Shown here piece after piece: positions 45,432 to 57,700 of a DNA stretch of 64,000 bases. The position numbers were made by a program, and so were the translations under genes. The notes under the pieces were generated by a model. The model was not told where the DNA came from, made no database searches, and worked only from the letters and a program-made list of their open reading frames with translations. Within the stretch, counting starts at the first letter, position 1, and each line of letters begins with the position of its first letter. The stretch is from contig CM022668.1 of NCBI GenBank assembly GCA_012295275.1, forward strand, positions 806,001 to 870,000. Direction: 5' to 3'. Origin of the DNA: Chrysomallon squamiferum (Eukaryota > Animalia > Mollusca).

Positions 45432-47845
45432 GTAATAAACAATTAAGAAAAAAAAAAAAAATTAAAAATTAAAATACAACCAAATTCAGATACTGTATAC
45501 ATGCTAGAATTATTTGAAAGATTAAAATGATTAAATTTTTTTACAGGTTCTTTGTTCTCCATTTATAATAAAAAGAAGGGAAAAAAATGTATTAATTATA
45601 ACAGAACATACAATTCACGCGTAATAACAAAATCTAAATATAAGAAAAATAAATAACAATTCAAGAAACAAAGTAAGTTTTTTCTTTTTTTGACATCACA
45701 ACTGATACCTTGTCAGCCACTGCATCCATCTCAACCTCTCGTGCTCCTACATAGAACTTTGTAATCACCACTGGGAATTTATTTGAAATCTGAGCAGCTT
45801 GTTTGAGGTAACCTTTCAGCTGGTCTGGAGTATATGCCACATTCATGGCCGACCCACTGAGAATGTAAGATGGTCTCAGTAGACAGGGATAACCCACTGT
45901 AGCGGCAAAGTCAAGAGCTTCATCCTAGTTTGAATAAACAGGTTCAAGGAATTATCAGCAAGGAATGGATATCTGGTTAACTGTGTTTTTAAACTGGTGA
46001 ATTTAAAATAATTAAATGGCAAAGAATTTAATATTATCATCAAATTATTTTTAATTAAAAACTTTAAAAGAAGATGTGGATGAAAATGAAATGATTCAAT
46101 CTCATCCATAGTTTCAAAAATATTTCATCAGTGGATATAAATTAGGACAATCCATCAAAATGTCATGCACTGTCAAAATCCACTGTCAATGTTCACTGTT
46201 CAATCACTGTATGGAATGCCCATGTTGCCATGAGACAAATTCATTGCAGCCTTAGCAGCTAGGTGTCTCATTGCCACTAATGCCTAACAAAATGCAAATG
46301 TTTTTTTCAGTGTTATAAGAGTTATCCAATAGTTAAAATTAAAAAGAAGAATCATGAACATGTTCTATTTTATGTCTCAGTTAATAACTGGTAAACCAGA
46401 CAATACTGTATGTCCTTTACTGTTCTAGGATAGGTTATCAGTTACATACAAAACAATAACAAGGAAGAATACAAAACTGAAATTTCTATACATTACCAAA
46501 TATAGTTTATCAGTTAAATAACAACATAAATTAAATAACAACATTTTTAAAATTACAAGTAAGTTATCTGTAAATTTCTTGAACAAATTTGTTTTATTAT
46601 TTTGCTAAATTACAGATACATCGGTAAGAAAATTTAAATGAAAATAATTGATAGCCTGAGAACTGCTGTAGTCAAATTCACCTGCCTGACCAATGGAGAA
46701 TCCACCATTGCCCAGAACCAAAATCTTTGATACCTGTAACAAAATATTTTGAAATAGTTACCTTAAATATAATTTTTTTTTATAAATAAATATAAATTCA
46801 TATTTTTCTGGCATCGCATGTTTAACTGACAGCTTTTTTATTTTGATGAGATCAAGAAAGAATAAAAAAAAAAAAATGAAAATAAACTTTTGTATTTACA
46901 CACCAATGATTTGACAACATGTTTCAAAAAAAAAAAAAAAATTCAATAAATATTTCAATAAAGCAAATTTTATTATTTCAAAATTTACTTTAATACTGTT
47001 ATAAAACATAAGAATATTCAAATTAATGAGAAGTCATTATAATCAACTAGAATCCCTTGTCTGGATAAAGTCTTTGTGTGCTGTTCAGTGTGATGCTATC
47101 CTCTGCAAGATGGTTTCTTTCCATTACACATCAACTTCATTTCATTTATCTTCCTGTGTATTATTTCCCCATCATCCAGTTTCCAAATGCAGATGTCAAC
47201 TATCAGTGAATTATTGCATAATCTAGTAACAAGCCCTGCCCAGGCAAATTCTGTCTTCTAACGTATTCAATCACATCTGTGATTTTTCTGTTCTCTCTTA
47301 CATTGATACCTTTTTTTATTTATGGTATTTAAATTACACAGGGCTTTCAATTTAATCTAGATAAAGTTCCAAAATATGCTTGTGTAATATGATATCTCTT
47401 TATAGTAGTCCTCTTTTTATTTAGATTATGTTGCTTTCTTTGGTGAACTGTCAACATGTTGGTGTATAGTCTCTCACGAATTTAATACACACATCTTCTA
47501 GCCCTTTCTTAAAATAAGTTTGAATTTGCACACAGAGCTAAAAGCCTTTTTGTAATCTTGGCTGTTCTCTTTCAGTTGATTTACAAAATGATGTAGACTG
47601 TCAGTGATTATTTGCTCGTGAATTCAGCTAATCCCTTTTTACCTATCTCTTAGCACTGCTTCCACTACCTGTAAGTATTACAATGTATGAAGAGAAGAGT
47701 TTCGAAGTTTTCATTTATTTCAGTGGATGTAAAAAAAATTATTCACAATTATTTATTTCTCACATAGCTTTGTATCTGCTAGTCCACCAAATGCTTCTGG
47801 GTGAAACTGAGCAGTAAAAATAGGTCTGCTGGTGTGCACAATACC
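42497..47845 (-). pseudogene. CPS1: CPS1-type carbamoyl-phosphate synthetase, internally deleted pseudogene (copy A)
   Basis: Exon remnants ~47764-47845 (GIVHTSRPIFTAQFHPE), ~46650-46733 ([27 protein letters not shown]), then directly 45709-45924, 45037-45144, 44490-44579, 43996-44165 (1-nt deletion), ~43754-43807 (truncated), ~43219-43381 (frameshift), ~42792-42902, 42497-42593 (truncated; terminal exon absent). Confidence 0.92.
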
Positions 47846-48864
47846 CTGGATAATATTACAATGAAAAATAATTTAACCAGAAGATGATTCTTTTTATTTC
47901 AGTTATAGAGAAACCCTATTAAGTTAAAGATATCCCTATAGGACAAATATGGCTTGCAAAGCTTTGCAATAATAGAATAGTTAATTATTTTGCCTGTGTA
48001 ATTATTATGTACTAAATTAATGAATGTTGAAAACAAAAATATCTAAATTGTATTAATTCAAAACTTAAACTGTTGTAACAATGAGTGATATGCCTATTTT
48101 ATGTGTAAATATTAATATTTAATGTAATTTTTTAAAATTTTATTAGAGTACTTTTAATATAAATATTTATCAGCTTATAATGTAACCTCAATGATTTTTC
48201 TACTACAATTACAGATTCTACAGCTCCTAACAACATGTTTAGATCAGCCCCTATGTACAGTGTTTTTGTGCATGTTCAGCTTTTGACAACACAGTTTTTA
48301 TAAACTCACATGGGACAATTTTGAACTCTGGGATATTATTTATTCATTCTATGAATGAACATTTTAATTCTTAAGAACAAAATTAAATATTGTAACTTTT
48401 TATTCATTAAGTCAAAATAAAAAAATAAAAAAATAATAATAAATAAAAAATAAAACAATGACATTCATGACTGGCCATAAATGTAAGTTCAGAAATAATG
48501 TTAATATTTTCCACAGTAATTCATTCTGTTAGATGAACAATTGTGCAGTAATTAACTATTATATATATTTTTTGTCTTCATTTCTTCATTACACTAACGC
48601 AGTAATGAAAACTAATAACACCACTGACCTGTAAACGTGTATTTTTATCTGAAAACTGATTTAAAATGACAATGAATGGACAAGCAAATAAATAGGCTCG
48701 TAGAGAGAGCAGAAACGTTAAGTCAAAATGTAGCAAAAATAGATACTAACTTTATTAATTACCATTTCATACAGTAATTATCTTTGAAGGTTTTTCTGTT
48801 TAACTATCTAAAAATTCCTTGGTGATTTTGAGCAATCACTTAATCATATTGACTTGCTAGATAC

Positions 48865-49444
48865 TTACTCTGTCTCACATAAGCCATACATTTTCGTCTG
48901 ACAGTCAAAGTCATTCCAGAACCAGTGTCCCGATTGGTATCTGTTGAGATGAATGCAGTTTTCACTGTGATAATTATCTGGCTGTCCTGGTGCCCAGAAG
49001 GCAATTGTTAATGGATTGTTACTGTTTACCCAAAACCACGAACCATCATGCAGAATGTCAGAACCACCCAGCCACACTGATTTAATAGTTCCCCCACCCA
49101 ACTAATGGGTCTTTATGATAATATGAGTAAGGATAAAAAGAAACTAGTTAACACTATAAATTAGAAAGGGGTATATTAATTTTGTCATGGTCAACAAAAC
49201 ACACAGATATATTTGATACAGTTGTTGGGTGACAGAAAAGATTCATCTTTCGATTAACAATGACTGAAACTGATATAAACCTTTGTTATGACTTTCAAGA
49301 ATGAAAATGTCTCAATATTTACTGTAAATAGAAAAGAAATAGATAATAAATCTGAAAACAATAAATTCAGCTAATGGTTCTTTGCTTCTGTGCATTGTGT
49401 TAAAGTTGTCTCCTGTTCTTGTGAAGTAATTTCAGCCAAGTAGC
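48865..49444 (-). pseudogene. C-type lectin pseudogene (unit 2 copy)
   Basis: Exon-4 coding sequence retained (48865-49089) but its acceptor is replaced; exon 3 is 5'-truncated with donor GT changed to AT (~49374); exons 1-2 absent; the segment holding the last mini-exon is deleted at ~48303. Confidence 0.88.
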
Positions 49445-50967
49445 TATATTCAAATATCAAAAGCTCAAACAAAATTTCAGACATAAATCTGATGCCAGTA
49501 AAATAAAAATAATAATAATATTAATAATACCTATATTAGCTTTGATAAACATGTGAATATCCCAATTGTATTTTTATCACTGATGTTGTTGTTACTTCTT
49601 TTTTTACTTTTTCTTTTCAGTAAGAAGATTGTTCCATCTCATACAATGCTATACTTCCAGAAATTTGTATATCCACTGTTATAATTATGTACATGAACTG
49701 TTGCACATTATCAATTTAGTAAACAATCAAACAGTTCACATCAGTTATACAGTGAACAGTAAAAATAATTTTAGACTTTCACAACTCCACACGAAGCAGA
49801 TTTTATATTATTTTGTATTTATTTGTGTTTTTGTAGCATTTTTGCAAATTATTAAATAAACATATACATACTATTTATAATTATATAAACACACTCACGA
49901 ATATGTGACACATTCAAGGTTAATAATCAGTATCAGTTATTTAATATTCCTTTGTTATAAAATAAAACTAAAATGAAATATATATGCCATACTTTATTTA
50001 TTTTCCACTCTGGTAAAATATCTGTTCAACCTAAAAACTAGCTCAAATTATAACAATGTATTTGTTAATAAATATTCTTATAAAATAAAGTTAGTTAACA
50101 AGCAAGAGAAATTATTATGTTATAAAGATGTCATCACAGCCTTGATGTCAACCATTAAAATAGTGAAATACATATATAAGAAATGCATAATATAATTTAG
50201 TGCATATACATGCAAATATATAAATTTCAGTTATCAAAATTCATTATTTGAAAACAATTGAATGAAATATTTACAAACTGTCAGCTATATCTTCATAAAT
50301 TCTGTAACACAGGTATAATTAGCTATGATCAGAGTTTAAATGAATCAAATTAGATAACGATAATTATGTGTAGAAAATAAATAATTATAAAATATATATA
50401 GGTCGGTCAAGTGGTGCAAGAAATTTCTGATTCATTATCTACCTGTCTGACTGCATCACTTGATCTTTTGTATTTTCCAGTTAGGCATTTGATTCAACTG
50501 GGCGTCTTGTGCTACCCTATATATTTTGGGTTAAAATAATTCAATAATTTTTACATTAAAATATATACAGAAACCAAAATGGAAAAATAATAAGGATATA
50601 TATATTACAATATCAGATGAAAATTAAATAATAATAAAAATTATAATAATACAATAATAATCATAATGTGAACAACAATAACAAGAACAACAGCAACCAT
50701 ATAAAACCATAGTAAATAAATATATTATAAAATATGTGTTTGCTTTTTATAAATTAAAAATTAAATATAAAAAAAAATAATATTAAATACTTTAAAAATT
50801 TGATCGGACATAAATATCAGAAACGGCATAAAAGAATTATAGTTTATGAATGTTCTGTGGAACACCGTTATCAAAGCTCCGTTACAGCCATACAGTTTGT
50901 TCATGAGGGAAAAGCATTACTAACAGAAATATTTTTACAATTTATATAATTAATATCATATTATATA

Positions 50968-51775
50968 CCGTATATACTTGTGTACAAGGCGACCTTATGT
51001 ATAAGTCGATGTGTATTTTAAGACCAAAAATTGCGTCATTTTAGGTATTACTTGTGTATAAGTCGACTGTAGATTCCAGGCACCGTCACTATTTTTAGAC
51101 CAGTGTGACAGTGCCATGAAGGCCTACATTGTACGCCTACTGTAACATAACTTGCACGAGCTGTAACTTGCACGAACATACCATAATAACGTAAATGCAT
51201 GTATTACACAAGCTATAGCCTAAATGTATCATAAATAGTATCTCTTTAATGTAATAGGTCTAACATGGAGACCTAACTTACCGTTATATTTAGCCGTTCT
51301 ATGATTTACAAAATTAGTCGGTAGTGGATATTAATGACGATTGCAATATTATTTCACCAAATTCTTTACAATTACACAAGTGAGTTTTGTTTATGAAATT
51401 AGGACCGATATTTAGTGCAATTTGGCAGAGAAGTCTGCATTCCTAGATCATGCAAGACGCCGTAAAGCATAACGCCATACTGACGGTTTTCTTGCTTTAA
51501 AATGTATTTTTATGTCATTAAACGGAAGAATATCATGTTTTACATTCATAGCTGGTTTTGTTATTTAATTTTTCAAAAATTTTTATATGATAAAATTATA
51601 CTTTTGAAAATCTGAAAGACCGCGATAATTTTAGATGCATCCCGTAGCAAAAAATAGTCAAAATGGCGACTCTTCAGCAACAGCTACAAAAGCATTACCT
51701 ATGTATAAGTCGACCCCCAAAATATTACCTTAATATAGTCTCCCAAAAATTCGACTTATACACAAGTATATACGG
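50968..51775. mobile_element. Non-autonomous Tc1/mariner superfamily (Tc2/pogo-like) MITE, ~808 bp
   Basis: TIRs CCGTATATACTTGTGTA(C)AAG.CGA / TCGACTTATACACAAGTATATACGG flanked by TA on both sides; internal repeats of TGTATAAGTCGA; absent from unit 1. Confidence 0.9.
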
Positions 51776-51789
51776 TAATTATTTTATAG

Positions 51790-52967
51790 TATCATGGACC
51801 AATAGGAACGATAACTCGTAACGGCACAAATTACGTCACGGTAAAAAGCCTAAAACAAATTCGCCGATTTAAAAAACCCCACCTAAATGTTCTTTTCTGC
51901 CGGGTTCTGACAGGGAGAACATTGACAACTACAAAAGTTAATACATTAAATTAATCTTATTCCGAATTATAATTTCAGTTTATTATGCATGCATTTAAAC
52001 AAAAATAATCCAGTTTGAAAAGTTTGATGAAGTTGAAAAAGTAGTTAAAAAGGCGCGTGACATCATGGTTTGGTAATATGAACAACAATTCTTAACTTCA
52101 TTAGTGTAAATCGTAAAAAGTTCTGAAAAATGGACGCAAAATAATTTAATTTGGAAGTTTAAAAATGTCCGTGAGCTCACGGAAACTTCCGATCGAGGGC
52201 AACGTCGAACGCCGATTAGTGTTTACAAACTTTTAAATACGTGTGCCTTCATAATGCAATTAATTTTACATGGATTATTAAAAGTAATTTGGGGAAATAT
52301 GTCATTTAATCAATGCCTCGTATACATAGTAATTGCTGCAAAGGTCAAAACCTTTTTTTGTTTTTTTTGTTAACTTTGACGTCATACCATCTCGTACCTG
52401 TTTCGTACTATATATTTGTTTTCAGAATTATTACGACGTCGCCAGCCAAAAAATAAAAAAATAAATAAATAAAATAAAATAAAGAATTTCCATTGACACT
52501 GGCGCGCGAACATGAAGATGACTATTCTCATTACATTAGGTACCAAATCATAATGTGGGCACGTTACTCTACTAAAACTCCATAACTGACAGTTCTTAGT
52601 ACGTAGTTGTAAAACGATACTTGAAACCATTATTGTTCTTTTATATATATATATATATATATATAACTATATACTTATTTCTATTTTCAATGCATTAGAG
52701 GCCGTATTTATATCTAAAAGGCAAACTGATCACGTGTTATTTGAATGATTACCTTGATACATCCATTATAAGCTTAAAATTAAAAAACAAAATAATAAAT
52801 TTTAAAGGTCCGTCAATCGGCCTTATAAATATTTTTATTAAAAATTAAATTTTCACTCTTTTTCGTTAAAACAAAAAGCATTCAACTTCTAAAACATGAA
52901 CAGTTATGTATACAAACATTATCCTATTTTTATTATTAAAAAATCAAAAAATCATTGGTCCATGCTA
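51790..52967. mobile_element. Non-autonomous TIR element, ~1.18 kb, superfamily unassigned
   Basis: Ends TATCATGGACCAAT ... ATTGGTCCATGCTA (14-bp inverted repeat, one mismatch), flanked by tttatag/attatag (possible 7-bp TSD); absent from unit 1, whose empty site reads atatcattatagttttc (~33671-33687). Confidence 0.75.
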
Positions 52968-53015
52968 ATTATAGTTTTCTTCTGTTACATTTATATATAT
53001 TTACGTATAAAGTGT

Positions 53016-54209
53016 CTATCCATTCTTTTTTAGTTTTTCCTCCTCCTCTGGTTTGTCGAACTCGTGTAGTTCCTGGAAATCTTCCCACAGTTGTTTTACG
53101 AGATCTAGAGCTAACATGTCGCCAACATTTTTACGAACAGCCCGAACTAGGAATACACCGTCGTCTCGGAGGTATTCTCTGACGAACTTGCGGAACAACT
53201 TCCGCTCGCTGCTCGTGTTGTCTGCGTTCAACAGGTCGATGTGTTTCTGAATGAATTCTTCCCGCCGTTTTCTGAAACAGATGTTAAAAATCCAAAAGAA
53301 GAAATTAACGATTGTTACAATGGACAGGAGAAACAGCCAGAACCAGGTGAAGGCGTACATTTTTTCTACAAACAAGTTGATGGAAAGAACGCACTGAAGC
53401 GTATATCGCTGAATATTCTGAAGCTGTCGTATCTCGAAATCACACATGGCTATCCGAGGAAACGAGTTCAGGTCTTCCCAAGATCCCTGCTGGGTCAAGA
53501 TGCTTATAATCTGAAATCCGTACGTGCTGAAACCGATGTCTAAGAATTTGGTTAGCATGAAGAACTGTCCAATGACGTTAGCGCAATAGAGAAGTTTACA
53601 GAACAGGTACAATCCTGTCAGATAGGTTCCTTGTCGTTTACCAAACATAAAGCAGACGACACCCGAAACCTTCTTTCTTACTCGGATTAAAACGTTGTAT
53701 TTGTAATCCCTGTAAGCCATAAGCCAATTTTTTACGAAAGTGGCAATCTGTTTTATTTTTTTACTTCTTTCTTTTGGGGGAGATATCATCGTTTCTTCAG
53801 CCATTCTAACGATCTTGGTGACATTGATACCGGAATAGGTTTTCAGTTCTTTCCAAATGATGTTTGGAAACTTGAAAAGCAGAGCCTGGAATAGAAATAA
53901 AACGGGCACCCATCGGTAGAAGCTGATATCCCTTTCAAATCGTTTGTGTACCTCTACTGGTATTGGTTCATCCATGGGCACATTGTACATGTGATTAATG
54001 AAGCAGTAGTTTTCTGCATACTTCCTGTGAGATGTTTTGAAATGGGCTGGATACCAGCAATGGATCGGGTCACCTACATAGTTCTTGGCGCCTGAAAAGG
54101 CAGCAAATGCAATGAAAATGCCCACTGAAGCTAAATGATGCAGTTGATCAATTCCATCATCGTCTGTAGCCCCCTTTGAAACTGACAACTTTGAGAAGGC
54201 TTCTATCAT
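53016..54209 (-). CDS. Innexin, copy 2
   Basis: Intact 397-aa ORF, 16 amino-acid differences from copy 1 by direct comparison of the translations; same motifs; acceptor before 54219; upstream micro-exon 54326-54370. Confidence 0.97.
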   Translation of the reverse strand: MIEAFSKLSVSKGATDDDGIDQLHHLASVGIFIAFAAFSGAKNYVGDPIHCWYPAHFKTSHRKYAENYCFINHMYNVPMDEPIPVEVHKRFERDISFYRWVPVLFLFQALLFKFPNIIWKELKTYSGINVTKIVRMAEETMISPPKERSKKIKQIATFVKNWLMAYRDYKYNVLIRVRKKVSGVVCFMFGKRQGTYLTGLYLFCKLLYCANVIGQFFMLTKFLDIGFSTYGFQIISILTQQGSWEDLNSFPRIAMCDFEIRQLQNIQRYTLQCVLSINLFVEKMYAFTWFWLFLLSIVTIVNFFFWIFNICFRKRREEFIQKHIDLLNADNTSSERKLFRKFVREYLRDDGVFLVRAVRKNVGDMLALDLVKQLWEDFQELHEFDKPEEEEKLKKNG

Positions 54210-54493
54210 AGAACCCAGCCTGAAATATAAATTACGTAATCATTTATTATGCAACCAGCTGCATAGCAATATTTTATTTTATTTTATTGATTTGTTTTCC
54301 TATGTTAAATATGAACTTTACTTACATGATTTTCAAGTTCTTTTACGAAGCCCACTTAAATAATTTTCACCTGTAAGTAAATAAAATATAATTCTATACA
54401 TATTTAGAAACCATTTGTTAATAATGAACCAAGCAATCCATATATATTTTATCATATTTTTATGTTTTTCTAAATTGAGGTAGCAGTCGTTTC

Positions 54494-54495
<2 letters not shown>

Positions 54496-54543
<48 letters not shown>
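54496..54543. repeat. (CA)n microsatellite specific to unit 2
   Basis: Visible directly; unit 1 has acatacacagatac at the equivalent site. Confidence 0.95.
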
Positions 54544-54544
<1 letters not shown>

Positions 54545-56454
54545 CCTTGTCGTAAGACATGCATAAAAATTAATATCTTACACACCTAAGTTATAATCAC
54601 TTCATCTAAGTAGATGACAATTATATTAATAATATTAACTACAGAAATAAAATTTATAATTTCACATTTAATACCCTGTCCTATATTAAGAAGTCATTGT
54701 GTTCTAAAGAATGTGATGGAGAAACAATTGTCATATCTCCATTAGGATATTTACTTTTAGGTGCACCATCAGCACCTTTATATATTGAACATTTTCTAGT
54801 AATCAAGAGGTACTCAGTTTTGTCACTGGTCCAGCTAGAGCCGAGACTGGTTTATCAAAAGTCTATGTAAATGTGTTTCTTTTTTTATTCTTCGTTTGTT
54901 GTTGTTGTTGCTCTTGTTGTTAATAAAAATGAACTTTATATTGGGACAGTTTTTCTCTTTTATTTTATCATAAAGCATTGTCTTTTAATATATCATTAAA
55001 CAAAATTCTTATATGAGAAAAAGATAGGATAATGCATGAGCGTATCCCTGGCCCTTCCAAATAATATAACTTTGTACATGAAACAATACATGAAGATCTA
55101 TTTTTTTATTATTATATATTTTTCTTCTTTCTTTCTTCATTTCTGTATTATTATTTGTGGGAAGTGGGAGCTCTATGCATTACTTTTTTATTTTACTGTT
55201 ACACTTCATTAATAGTAAAGGTTGGAATTAAGTAAAAAGGAAGTTAATAAGAAAAGTACCACATGTAACAATATAAAATTAGTTTTGACAATACAAGTAT
55301 CATTGAAGTCATTGCAAAAGAAAGACTAATTGTTAAAACTCATCCTGAACTCAAGTGAACAAAAAATAAAACTTGTTATTGATGTCGCAAATTTTGTTTT
55401 ATTTGCTTTGAATAGTTAATCTGCATGAAACGAAATTAGCAATTAAGCAAAGTAACTTTGTAATGTGTAGATCATTTCTAGCAGATTCCTTCCCCCACAA
55501 TGTATTTCTAAACCAAACTAGACATTGATTATTTGTCCATCTATCCTCCCTCTGTTACTAAGATAATGTTTACACAATGTGCATTTCTGAATATGTATTA
55601 CAATTAGAAGACATTATATGATTAATTCGCATACTGGAATTTTAATAGATTTACTCTTTGCAGTTATAAATATTTTTCATTGATCAGAAAATGTGGAATA
55701 TTAATAATGTTGACAAATTCAAAAATTAATATAAAACACAACTCCAATAACGTGAAATTATATTTTATCATCATCATTACTACTACTACTGCTGCTGCTG
55801 CTACTACTATAACTATTATTTGTTTACTTATTTGCATTTTATTATGATTTTATTCATGTACATATGACTCATAACATCAAAAAGTTTTTTTTTTTTTTTT
55901 TTTCAATAAAAAGAATAGTACCCTAGGCTGTATTTGTGAATAATTTCACCTGTATATTTAGACAATGCTGCCTATTTTGATTGTACTACCCTTCTTTCTT
56001 GTGTGTTTATGTACCTATAAATCTGAAACGACTCACCTGCATCAAAAGGTAACACTTTGCTAGTAGTTAGAGGTAAACTTTAATGTCACAGAAATTCCAA
56101 GTGTCTAAACATGAATCATGTTTTATGTTACTGTATTTTGTTGTACAAATCAAACTTTTAAGCAGAAAATGTACTGCTAAACACAAGTTAGAGAAACTTT
56201 CTAAAACTTGCTAGATCAAGAAAGACACAACATCAATTGCCCGTGGCCTGTGATGGAATGTACGTGGGCAGATCCAGTCGCATCATTGGTGGTGTTTGAT
56301 GTCAGTTTCACTCATGTCCATAGACCTGACTGAAAAGCAGGTCGAATTTTTGGTGTAACCAGAGATGGCGACTGTGAATGTGTCATAATGACCATATTTA
56401 TCACAAGTGACCTAGTTGACAAGTTGACATCCGTAATGAACAGTTTGAGCAGAA

Positions 56455-57700
56455 GATATTGAAATGACATCAAGTCAAAATTAAACTCCAAGATATTACC
56501 TACAATATAATAAATGCCTAAGTTTACTATTTTCAGTTCAGTTGTAAAACACACTTAAAGTGGACCTGGCTGACCACAAAAAGCATCATACTCCGGCGTA
56601 TAAAAGAACATCCCCATAAATTATGAGACAAAAGTATCTGGTATCAATATTGCTCAGAAGGAACTTACAATATATAACATGTTCACTTATTTACAAAGTC
56701 TAATAACTTAAAGTCTTAGTATTTTCCCTTTCAACAGTCCAGTTATTTCAGAAATGTCATGAGAGCTGATGCTTTACATCTGGGTGGAAATTTCAAGAGA
56801 TGGTGTGTAGATGATGCAAAGGATCCAACATTTGTTGTTGCCTCCAGTTAAACAGCAGGTCCATGGTGATGCATGAAATAGATATGGTTGTCTTCATGTT
56901 CATCTGAATCAGGTCAATCCATAGACTTTTTTTAATTTCCATGGATTAATTCTTTAGATAGTTGAGGACTTGCTTGCTCTATCATGTACCGTTGTCAAAA
57001 TATTAATTATTCTTCAATCACTTACTAAACAATGTTGATATTTCTGTAAGTTTCTGATACACGATGGATGGAATATGGCCTACTTACTTTCCCACTGAAC
57101 ACTCCTGTACAGGTTCTTGTTAAAATAGTTTCTTCTAAAAGCTTCATTAATGATTTTAGGTCCATCATGTATGCACTTTGGAATTTTTCAATAAATGAAA
57201 ATTTGTGTTATGGCAGTCAGTTTTCTGTCAGTACCAATCCATTGCTGTTATATTATCACTAGGACATTTCAACATGCTTAAGCTTTAGATTAGGTTTCTG
57301 GTGATATTTACAGACATAGTAGAGATGAGATCCTGATGACTTAGCAAGAACACACAATTTTGCAGCAAAGGTGCAAGTGAAGAAATTCCAATCTTCTTTT
57401 CTGTTAGGATTCTTTACAAGAAAAAATAATGTTCCTTGAGATGTGATAAGATTAGCTGGTTTTGATGTTGTACCTATTACAAAGTTCTTCTATGAAAGCT
57501 TTGTTCTTATCTCATTGTCCTAATATACCCATCTGCTTTTTTACATGACAGCTTTTAGCACTAGGTTGTTTGTGGCTCCAAATGTCTTCATAATTCTGTT
57601 TGTCTTCCAAAATCACCACCCAGATTAGGGTTATAATAAAGTACTAAATCTGTGTCGTATGTCCTTACTGCATTATAGTGTGTTTTGTTTACCTTAAAGC
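56455..57700 (-). mobile_element. Unit 2 copy of the Sola2-like remnant (terminal part missing)
   Basis: Near-identical to 39375-40620. Confidence 0.45.

Larger units (their letters stand above)
28777..47940. repeat. Tandem segmental duplication, unit 1 (lectin - innexin - CPS1 remnants)
   Basis: ggacaaatatggcttgcaa.gctttg.aat begins at both 28777 and 47941; collinear similarity continues through lectin, innexin, transposon remnant and CPS1 exons. Confidence 0.93.
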
